Positions 8,925-16,666 of a DNA stretch of 16,666 nucleotides are shown here, piece by piece. Source of the stretch: Octopus sinensis (taxonomy: Eukaryota). The stretch lies in contig NW_021825078.1 of NCBI RefSeq assembly GCF_006345805.1, forward strand, positions 1-16,666, given 5' to 3'. Position 1 is the first letter of the stretch. Every line of letters starts with the position of its first letter. The notes beneath the pieces were generated by a model that saw nothing but the letters and a program-made list of their open reading frames with translations, did no database searches and was not told the DNA's origin. Position numbers and translations under genes: made by a program.

Positions 8925-9123
8925 ACAAATTTTGGCACAAGGTCAACAATTTCGGGGGAGAGGTTCAGATAATATCGACCTCAATGTTCGATGGGTACCT
9001 AATTTATCGAACTCGAAGGGTTGAAAAGCAATCGGCGGAATTTGAACTCTCAACACGAGGTTGGGTGAAATGCCGCCAAGCATTTTGTCCAGTGTTATAA
9101 CGATTCTTTAAGCTCCATTCCTT
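8925..9123 (-). mobile_element. SINE family B, inverted, with candidate TSD AATCTGTC
   Basis: Reverse complement of family B (AAATTTTGGCACAAGG...GGCGGAATTTGAACTC...AACGATTCT). AATCTGTC occurs at 8917-8924 and 9125-9132. Confidence 0.82.
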
Positions 9124-9149
9124 GAATCTGTCCTTAAAGTGGAAATAAT

Positions 9150-9432
9150 TATCAGAGCCAAAAGATCAAACCCTGATTACGTTTAACGTCAGCAAAATTC
9201 TGAAAATTTTTACACATGCAACAACACAAATAATGGGAAGTAGGATGGTTGCCAGGAAGAAACACTAGTGCCATCTGGGAATTCTTGTTACAGAAATGCT
9301 AAAAGGATTTTGAAGGAGATTTTTTTTCTCAAGCACCGTCTGTTTTTGAAGAAGTAACAGGTGTTGGGCAAAAAATTTGGTTATGAATCTTCAAATGTAT
9401 ATGAATTACTCAAATCTCATACCATAGAATGA
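9150..9432 (+). pseudogene. Tigger/pogo relic, segment 3 (third catalytic D and C-terminus)
   Basis: EPKDQTLITFN (D at 9164-9166; cf. QPMDQGVIATFK), AIWEFLLQKC*KDFEG at 9270-9317 (cf. ..WKKL.P....DFEG), VYELLKSHTIE at 9397-9429 (cf. VEELL.SH..EL). Confidence 0.65.
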
Positions 9433-9435
9433 TTT

Positions 9436-9532
9436 AATTCTTTCTACAGTAGGCACAAGGCTTCAGATGTTTTCGCTCAATAAACACTCACAACGCCCGG
9501 TCTGGGAAACGAAACCGCGATCCTACGACCTA
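9436..9532 (-). mobile_element. Composite SINE remnants: family B-like tail (9436-9465) and a different tRNA-like head (9470-9532)
   Basis: TTCTTTCTACAGTAGGCACAAGGC resembles the family B tail reversed. CAACGCCCGGTCTGGGAAACGAAACC reads GGTTTCGTTTCCC on the minus strand, which is B-box-like. Confidence 0.5.
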
Positions 9533-9572
9533 CACGCATGAATATATATATACATACATATATATATATATA

Positions 9573-9862
9573 TCTTTATATATAAAAGAGAAGTTGTGTG
9601 TCTGTCTCCTACGATTTAGATTCCTAACTACTCCCACATTTTGCCGTGCAGTGTAACCAAAAGCGGGTATCTTATAGTCGTGATTCATATCGATCCCTTC
9701 TGGGTATTAGCGCGCGTCTACGATGAGTCTACGGTTTTAAAAATAATTTACCATCATTTTTCCATTTTAATGCATTTTTTTCGCTAAGGGAAGTAACTCT
9801 CTAAAAATGCTTATATATTTATTTCCCTTACAAACCCGAGCAACGCCGGGCGATACTGCTAG
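9573..9862 (+). mobile_element. Non-autonomous Helitron (290 bp) inserted in (TA)n
   Basis: 5' A|TCTTTATATATAAAA; 3' GC-rich hairpin CCCG-a-GC-aac-GC-CGGG (9835-9850), 8-nt spacer, then CTAG|T (9859-9862). Inserted between A and T with no evident TSD. Confidence 0.88.
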
Positions 9863-9900
9863 TATATATATATATATATATATATATATGAAGCTACATA

Positions 9901-9984
<84 letters not shown>
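9863..9984. repeat. (TA)n tract, continuous with 9541-9572 if the Helitron is removed
   Basis: Direct inspection. Confidence 0.95.
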
Positions 9985-10120
9985 CGACGGACTTCTTTAA
10001 GTTTGCTCCTACCAAATCTATTGTAGAAGACACTTGCCCCGGGTGCAACGCAGTGGGATTCTACCCGGAACCATTCAGTTGAAAAGCAAGCTTCTTACCA
10101 CACAACCACGCGCCTACGCC
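9985..10120 (-). mobile_element. SINE family A, 5' half with tRNA head and an internal deletion
   Basis: CGACGGACTTCTTT...AGAAGACACTTGCCC...AAGCAAGCTTCTTACCACACAACCACG. It lacks the CACAAGGCTTTGGTCGG segment seen in other copies. Confidence 0.85.
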
Positions 10121-10590
10121 TATATTCGTTAGTATGAAGTATTGTTTTCCAAAATGAGGTGTAAATTGTCTTGTCGAAATCATTACACTGCACCTAGTAA
10201 AAATAATGAGGACCTTATGGTCATTTCAATAATTAAAAAAAAACTAAATACAAAGCATGAATCGGAAACAATGCAACACCAGAAGATATCTCCGTCTCAA
10301 ATCATTAACCGTAATGAATCCGTAATTTGAAAATAATGAACAATTTCTAATTATTAATTTTTTTAATTATCTAAATAATGAAATATAAAAAAAAATAATT
10401 AACGTTTTTCGCTTCGTCTTTAATATATTACACTGAATGTAAAGGAACGCCGTTTAAAACGAAACGAAGAACATTTCAGTGTTTCCTTTATATTTTTTCA
10501 ATTCACTTTGCAATTTACCTTGACGTCTTTCATTAAGACCTTCACTTCAAGGGTATACATACAAACATACACACACACACATTTTATATA

Positions 10591-10679
10591 CGACGGACGT
10601 CTTTCAATTTCCGTCTACCAATTCCAACTACAAGCTCTTTGTCAGCCCAACGCTATATTAGAAGACACTTACCCAAGGT
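10591..10679 (-). mobile_element. SINE family A, fragment
   Basis: CGACGGACGTCTTTCAATTTCCGTCTACCAA...AGAAGACACTTACCCAAGGT. Confidence 0.8.
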
Positions 10680-11079
10680 TTCTTTTATTCTATTTTTCAA
10701 TAAGATTTCAAGCCTATCTTTATTTCCACCAGAGTCCCTTCTTTTGTCGTATGATGGCTTATATATTCCTATGACCTTGAGATTTATGCTAGGGCGAGCA
10801 GAATTTCCTTGTAGAGCCTGATATGCTGGTTAAATACGATAGAGATCAGATTAATACGGTAGAAAAACCCTTCTAGAATCATCGCAGCTACCTCCATAAG
10901 CCCACCAACTTTTCCCAAAGTAATCTACATTTGACTTACATACAGTCGGAAAGTAAGCGTATTTACATTAATTTCAATAGTAACACCTATCCTATCGATT
11001 TTAAATCGATATTTAATTTTAAAAAAACGCTGCGCATATATATATATAGATACTTGCACCCGCAGTTCCCTAAAATCTC

Positions 11080-11205
11080 TTTCAAATTTTGGCCAAGGCC
11101 AGAAAACCGGAGTAGAGGGCGAGTCGATTACTGTAGGATGAGAGTGCCTGGCGACATTTGGACTCAGGACTAAGCACACTAAACATTCTGTCGCCTCACC
11201 ACCTT
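11080..11205 (-). mobile_element. SINE family B, internally deleted
   Basis: Tail TTTCAAATTTTGGCCAAGGCCAG, B-box remnant ATTTGGACTCAG, head remnant ATTCTGTCGCCTCACCACCTT. Confidence 0.65.
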
Positions 11206-11215
11206 TATTCTTTTC

Positions 11216-11437
11216 TAATATTGATTTCAAATTTTGGCACATGGCCAGAAATTCCTGGGTCGGGAGTGAGTCGGTTACATCGACCTCACTGTTCAACTGA
11301 TACTTATTTTATCGTTCCCGAAAATTGATAGGCAAAGTCGACCCCAGCGGAATTTGAACCCATAACGCAAAAAGGGATGAAATGCCGCTAAACATTTTTG
11401 GCTCGGCACGGTAACGATTCTGTCAGCTTCCCGCCTT
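11216..11437 (-). mobile_element. SINE family B, full length
   Basis: Reverse complement including GGCAAAGTCGACCCCAGCGGAATTTGAAC and AACGATTCTGTCAGCTTCCCGCCTT. Confidence 0.88.
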
Positions 11438-11499
11438 AGTTTGCCTTCAGACATTGGTACTTCCAAACGCAACATCTCAAACCCACATTTATACATGAG

Positions 11500-11790
11500 G
11501 TTGCTTACTTGCAAAGATGAGTTTTTGCCTTTCAAACTGTCCGTATGTAACGACAAATTCCTTCGAAATTTCTTTTAGTATAATTCCATAGGCATCCATC
11601 TGCATGATACATGTCTTCCATTAGCTTCGTACATTTCCGCAAACACAACACGGTCAAATACAACGATGAGAGCCATAATCTTGCAAAAACGTAATTGTAT
11701 TTCGTTGCATTTCCTGCTAATCAATCTACCTCTTTTCAATTTACATTCAATACACTTGGCTACTTTAACAGTTATCTTCTGCAAACGTTA
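11500..11790 (-). pseudogene. Possible pogo-type CENP-B HTH relic
   Basis: KVAKCIECKLKRGRLISRKCNEIQLR (cf. L..WI...R..G..VSR..IQLKA), followed by KFRRNLSLHT (cf. FM.R.NLSLR). Weak, matched by eye. Confidence 0.3.
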
Positions 11791-12191
11791 AATATGAAAG
11801 GTGTACCATACTTAAAATATAGAAAGTGTCAACCTTACACGAAATATCTTCTCATATCTTGCTGTTATTCTCTTATCCAGGCCTAATTGCTTTTAAAACG
11901 GAAGACTTCTTCCAAAAATAATTTCATTTGTTTTCTTATCATTTAATTTTTAATTTTTAATAATTATATTTAAAGAAAAACATTTTTTCTGAGCGATATT
12001 TTCCAGAATATTTGTACTTTAACATGAGCCCCAAGGAAATAAAAAAGCATTAACAGCTGTTTCCTAAATTTCCTTTTTATGGCATATTTTAATTGGTTTG
12101 GAAGTAATAACCATGTTTTAAATGTGATTTTAGGAAATTCGAATAGTGCGATTTCTATTAGTGCGTGCTATTATATACACTTATATGCGTA

Positions 12192-12192
<1 letters not shown>

Positions 12193-12246
<54 letters not shown>

Positions 12247-12442
12247 TCACATTAAATAAAGATGTATTGCTACAGTTATTAATGATATTAATCAGGTAAT
12301 AATAAGGTCACCAGTAAGTTCTCTCCATTACAGGTAAAATATAAGGCATGTATGTGTAGAAAGATAGAGAAAGATATAGATACAGATATATATACACACA
12401 CACACATATACATATACATATGTATGTGTATATATATATATG

Positions 12443-12524
<82 letters not shown>

Positions 12525-12555
12525 CATGCATATATATATACATACATACGTACAT
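12193..12555. repeat. Two (AT)n-rich tracts (12193-12242 and about 12372-12555)
   Basis: Direct inspection. Confidence 0.9.
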
Positions 12556-12562
12556 AAATCAA

Positions 12563-12696
12563 CGATGAGATACTACACAGTTTTCATCTCAAATTCACAC
12601 ACAAAGCATTGGTCGGCTCATACCTATCATAGAAGACACTCAACAGAGCGCTTAACAGTCTTGAACCCGAAGCCTTCTGAACTTCTTTACCATACA
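12563..12696 (-). mobile_element. SINE family A, 5' half, strongly diverged
   Basis: CAAATTCACACACAAAGCATTGGTCGGC..CTATCATAGAAGACACT..TTGAACCCGAA..TTACCATAC. Confidence 0.7.
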
Positions 12697-12842
12697 TTGA
12701 TGTATGCACTTAGAAGATATTTTTTCTTTTGTTCTTATCTTTTTTTCCTTTTTTTTTAACCTTTTATTGTTGAAGTTCTGATTTGTGAACATGTAGTTCA
12801 AAATGGCCGTTTATTATTATTTTTTCTTCTTCGACTCCACAG

Positions 12843-12946
12843 ATTTACGCAAGAAATAACTCGATACATGAACAAAACGTGAACTCGTCTAAAACTCATG
12901 AAGCAACGCCTATTGAAAGCATCGATTGTAATCGATATTATGTCAG
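12843..12946 (+). CDS. Candidate 104-nt internal exon (IYARNNSIHEQNVNSSKTHEATPIESIDCNRYYV), unverified
   Basis: Pyrimidine-rich acceptor TTTTTCTTCTTCGACTCCACAG, donor CAG|GTATAT, exactly one open frame. No homology recognised. Confidence 0.2.
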
Positions 12947-13363
12947 GTATATCATATATCATATATTACGTAACCGCACAGAAATTATTGATCTTTGATA
13001 CATAAGTATTTGTCGCTGAAAGAAATGCAGTTCTTGCTCTTTTATTCTTTTCGGTGGTTCCATCGATGCTGCTTCGACGCCATGTCACTGCGCCTTCGTG
13101 AACGACCTATTCCTCTCATATCAATGTTAATTTATTGATGCATTTGGGCAAGAGTATGTCTGTATTATCAGACAATTTCAAAAAAAAGTGCTTAAAAACG
13201 ATACAAAGCTCTGCCAAACTCCGGTACAAATTTTTCATGGTACAAAACGCGTCTTACCTTTTACACAGTCTGATTCAATAAATTTGTCTCTATTCTCACT
13301 CTTCCTTTCACCAGTAAATATTCTGTTTTCCTAAACTTGCTTTAAAATCGCAAAGAAAATGAA

Positions 13364-13536
13364 ACACACGCACACACACATACGCACGCACACACACACA
13401 TACACACACACATACACACACACATACACACACACACACATACACACACACATACACACACATACACACGCACACACACACATACACACACACGCACATA
13501 CACACACACACATACACACACGCACGCACACACACA

Positions 13537-13576
<40 letters not shown>

Positions 13577-13591
13577 ATCACTCACTCACAC
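13364..13591. repeat. (CA)n microsatellite
   Basis: Direct inspection. Confidence 0.97.
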
Positions 13592-13810
13592 AGTTATACT
13601 TAATATCGTTTCGTCGTTAAATCTAGCGTCAGGTGTCAGTATGTTTTTTGAAGTTAGTTCCAAAGACGAAATTTCAACCATGCAGTCAGTAACAAAATTA
13701 GAAATTATTCCGCCACTATAATCATGCTTTGAGCCCTTCGATGTGTGTTTAGAGTCGTAGTTACGCTTACACAAACCTATTGAACAAGCGCATGTGTATG
13801 GCTGCACGCA

Positions 13811-13834
13811 TGTGTGTGTGTGTGCGTGCATACA

Positions 13835-13910
<76 letters not shown>

Positions 13911-13926
13911 GCCAAATAGTAGTAGC

Positions 13927-13964
<38 letters not shown>
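13811..13964. repeat. Compound (TG)n-(CATA)n-(TA)n-(TAG)n
   Basis: Direct inspection. Confidence 0.95.
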
Positions 13965-13965
<1 letters not shown>

Positions 13966-14156
13966 TTGAAGAAAATATGCAAAATCCTCGGTACGGATTT
14001 ATATATTTGAAAAATATATACAAATGGCTTTTTTTTTAAAATATATTTTTGCATTTTAGTAAGTAGATGCTTATGAATTATACGATTTGTAATCCTCTAA
14101 TTATTGAAGTGAATAAATATCGGAAAGCCATTTCTATTAATTTTTTTCGAATAAAT

Positions 14157-14193
14157 ATGTGTGTGTTTGTGTGTATGTATGTACATACACACA

Positions 14194-14227
<34 letters not shown>

Positions 14228-14295
14228 TACACACACACAAGCATACATACACACACGCCCGACCGCACACACACACAGACATATATATATTTATA
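14157..14295. repeat. (TG)n/(CA)n/(AT)n tract abutting a family A SINE
   Basis: Direct inspection. Confidence 0.9.
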
Positions 14296-14456
14296 CGACG
14301 GGTTTCTTTCAGTTTCTGTCTATCAAATCCACTTTACAAGGCTTTGGTCAGCCCGAGGCTATCCTAGAAGATACTTTCCCAAGGTGCCACGCAGTGGTAC
14401 TGAACCTGGAACCATGAACTTGGGAAGCAAGCTTCTTACCACCACACCGCCACGCC
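14296..14456 (-). mobile_element. SINE family A, 5' half
   Basis: CGACGGGTTTCTTTCAGTTTC...CCCAAGGTGCCACGCAGTGGTACTGAACC...AAGCAAGCTTCTTACCAC. Confidence 0.88.
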
Positions 14457-14575
14457 CGGGTCTATGTGCATTGTTACTTTATTTTATTTCCTTGTGTAGT
14501 ATTCCTCGTATTGTTCGGTGGATTTGGAGATGGATCGTAACGTGCATACCTTATATATTAATACTCACTGTCGGC

Positions 14576-14747
14576 GCACGCCGGACAAAATGCTTAGCGG
14601 CGTTTCGTCCGTCTTCACAATCTGATTTCAAACGGCACAGAGGCCAGTTTTGCCTGTCCACCTCTCTGGGTACCACTAAGGTCGATGTAACTGACTTAGA
14701 CCCTCTCCTGAAATTGCTGGCCTTGTGCCAAAACTTGAAATCAATAT
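14576..14747 (+). mobile_element. SINE family B, truncated and internally deleted
   Basis: GCACGCCGGACAAAATGCTTAGCGGCGTTTCGTCCGTC and tail GAAATTGCTGGCCTTGTGCCAAAACTTGAAATCAAT. Confidence 0.85.
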
Positions 14748-14800
14748 ATGCATATGTATATATATATGTGTATATATATATGTGCATATATATATATATA

Positions 14801-14996
14801 TAGTTAATCCAAACAAGAAAACACAGAAAAAAAACACAGCAACGCGAGGACGTGGAACAATTAAAGTATTATTTGACGCTCAGGAAAGAAGGGAAGGAGG
14901 GTTTAACGTTTCGTCGGAAACAAGGAGAAGGAAAGATCCCAAGAAGGGAAGACAGAGGAAAAAAATATTTTTGCTGGTGGTGCTCAAGAGATCACA
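14801..14996 (-). mobile_element. Probable Penelope-type terminal repeat fragment embedded in (AT)n
   Basis: Purine-skewed repeat recalled as common in octopus DNA (GTTAATCCAAACA...AACGCGAGGACGTGGAACAA). The minus strand has TTCCGACGAAACGTT, which looks like fused halves of a hammerhead core. Confidence 0.5.
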
Positions 14997-15377
14997 TATA
15001 CGAATGTGTATTCGTGTGTATGTGTGTGTTTTGCTGAGTTCATCCACTTGAGTTGGTTTACAATAATATCTGTGGAGAACTTTTGAAGTGTGATTATGGT
15101 GAAACGGATTTTTTAAAAGCATCTCTATCTGATTTATTATAGGATGTTAAATATTTGAGATAATAAATGTATCAATGAGTGCATTCTTATACAGTTTAAT
15201 GAGCTGCCTGAATAGATTGACGGTATAAATGACAAATGCTATTTGAATAGTAAGATTATTATAGTTCTCTAAAATCAAGGAGAGAAAGAGAGAAATGGAG
15301 AGTCGCTGATTGCTTCAGGCACAAAGCTAAGTATTAATCCGTTCATTCGAGTTGTTGAATAATTTTCTGGCTTTTTA

Positions 15378-15745
15378 TTTATCGAAATGACAACTTTCAC
15401 TGAAAAAATCTGATGTCTAGATTGTCTTCGCATTAAGCTGTTGAGTATGCAGATCTTTTCAGCTATGCATTATCTACAGCGTGTTTTGAAGCTTCCGTAA
15501 AGTGTACATCTTTGGAGAATCTTAAATTTGATGTTGATTGCAGTAGCTTAAAATTACAAATGTCGTGAAACTTTTGTTCCATTCTTTACCGTTCCCTTGT
15601 GATTTTGAAGAGAGACTTTAATTTAAAGTATCGAGGTTGAAATATTCTTGAACCATTCCTGCATAATGTCTACGCTCAGTTTGGAGCATATTCAAGACAA
15701 CTCTATGCAGAATACGCTCCTTTATCATATCGTAACGACATTGCT
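15378..15745 (-). pseudogene. Penelope-like GIY-YIG endonuclease relic
   Basis: Ordered frameshifted motifs: HYAGMVQEYF (YAG 15665-15657; cf. YIG.T...F), RYFKLKSLFK (cf. RY.NHK.SF), KNGTKVSRHL (cf. NST.LSKHIW), FKILQRCTLYGSFKTRCR*CIAEKICIL at 15526-15443 (cf. W.I...C..Y.....C.LC..EK..IL), SCHF (cf. CRH). Confidence 0.75.
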
Positions 15746-15794
15746 TCAACCAGATGATGAGGAGGATGAAAGAGGCGGGCAACAAATATAAACC

Positions 15795-16051
15795 CTCTCT
15801 CTCTTTACTCTTTTACTCTTTTACTTGTTTCAGTCATTTGACTGCGGCCATGCTGGAGCACCGCCTTAGTCGAGCAAATCGCCCCGGGACTTATTCTTTG
15901 TAAGCCCAGTTACTTATTCTATCGGTCTCTTTTGCCGAAACGCTAAGTGACGGGGACGGTACGTAAACACACCAGCATCGGTTGTCAAGCAATGCTAGGG
16001 GGACAAACACAGACACAGACACAGGACACACAAAAACACACCACACACACA

Positions 16052-16127
<76 letters not shown>

Positions 16128-16247
16128 CGACAGGCTTCTTTCAGTTTCCGTCTACCAAGTCCACTCACAAGGCATTGGTCGGCCCGGGGCTATAGCAGAA
16201 GACACTTGCCCAAGATTCCACACAGTGGGACTGAACCCGGAACCATG
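15795..16247 (-). mobile_element. SINE family A, near full length with internal microsatellite (about 16005-16127)
   Basis: Both halves are in order: 5' half 16128-16247 with B box GGTTCAGTCCC, internal (TA)n/(TG)n, 3' half, and a (GAGTAAAA)n tail. The A-box end is cut off at 16247. Confidence 0.92.
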
Positions 16248-16666
16248 CTATAATCATCACATCAAGATAGCCGGAAACTCCAAAAAGTTCTTGCTCTACA
16301 ATGGAAAGTTGTAGGTTATCAATGCTACCTATTTGAGTTGGATTGTTAGGGGCCAGGAAGACTTTCTTTCCAGGGCGGGCCCCTACTTTTCTGCATGGCG
16401 GGCCACAGCTCCGGTACTGCAGACATGTGATTAGAATGTCACAGCAAAGAATCACAAGATAAATTCTTCGAGCCGAGCTAAACGGCAGGAGACTAATATG
16501 AAGACAAAAAACGAGACAGTTAGTTACGCTAGGGAATGCAACCGGAATGTCTAACGATGGGTCCTTCACGTAGAACCCTACATACGAAGTATCTGGGAGG
16601 AGATACATGGGAGGATGGACAGAGGGATTGCTTGTTAAGTACTTTTCTTCTCAAGGAAGGTCACCA
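16248..16666. other. Unidentified complex segment, less AT-rich than its surroundings, that truncates the SINE head
   Basis: Abrupt junction after GGAACCATG, no microsatellites, minus-strand ORF 16608-16165 without recognisable motifs. Runs off the window edge. Confidence 0.4.

Noticed and set aside
8503-9142. TAAAGTGG at 8503 and 9135 as a TSD for the three-SINE block
   Set aside because: The left copy overlaps the expected SINE head and the right may be SINE tail, so it is ambiguous.
13258-13330. Minus-strand exon candidate ENRIFTGERKSENRDKFIESDCVK with AAG|GTAAGA donor
   Set aside because: The acceptor has competing AGs, there is no partner exon or homology, and such candidates are expected by chance. 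Not formally excluded.
16165-16608. 147-aa ORF as a real gene or zinc-knuckle gag
   Set aside because: It runs into SINE sequence and has no recognisable motif; a CCHC pattern on the + strand would need several arbitrary frameshifts.

Overview
AT-rich, microsatellite-dense animal genomic DNA, intronic or intergenic. The repeat families look like those of octopus or another coleoid cephalopod; this is recognition from memory, not a search result. I see no intact host gene, and nearly all ORFs in the supplied track are translations of (AT)n, (CA)n, (TAA)n or (CAT)n repeats, or of SINEs. The window is a layered set of mobile elements. (1) Two different 5'-truncated R4/Dong-like non-LTR retrotransposon ends, each with a restriction-like endonuclease C-terminus and 3' UTR, sit inside (TAA)n arrays; their unrelated 3' UTRs share a covarying stem-loop. 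(2) A 290-bp non-autonomous Helitron with intact ends sits in a (TA)n tract. (3) A decayed Tigger/pogo DDE transposase is spread over about 7.4-9.4 kb and split by SINE clusters. (4) There are about 10 copies of a tRNA-headed SINE with a Meta-like domain, including a head-to-tail array of four, and 8 segments of a second tRNA SINE that carries an internal microsatellite. (5) There is a Penelope-like GIY-YIG relic and a Penelope-type terminal repeat with a collapsed hammerhead core. Weaker mariner and pogo relics and a few low-confidence exon candidates are also noted. Boundaries of decayed elements are approximate.
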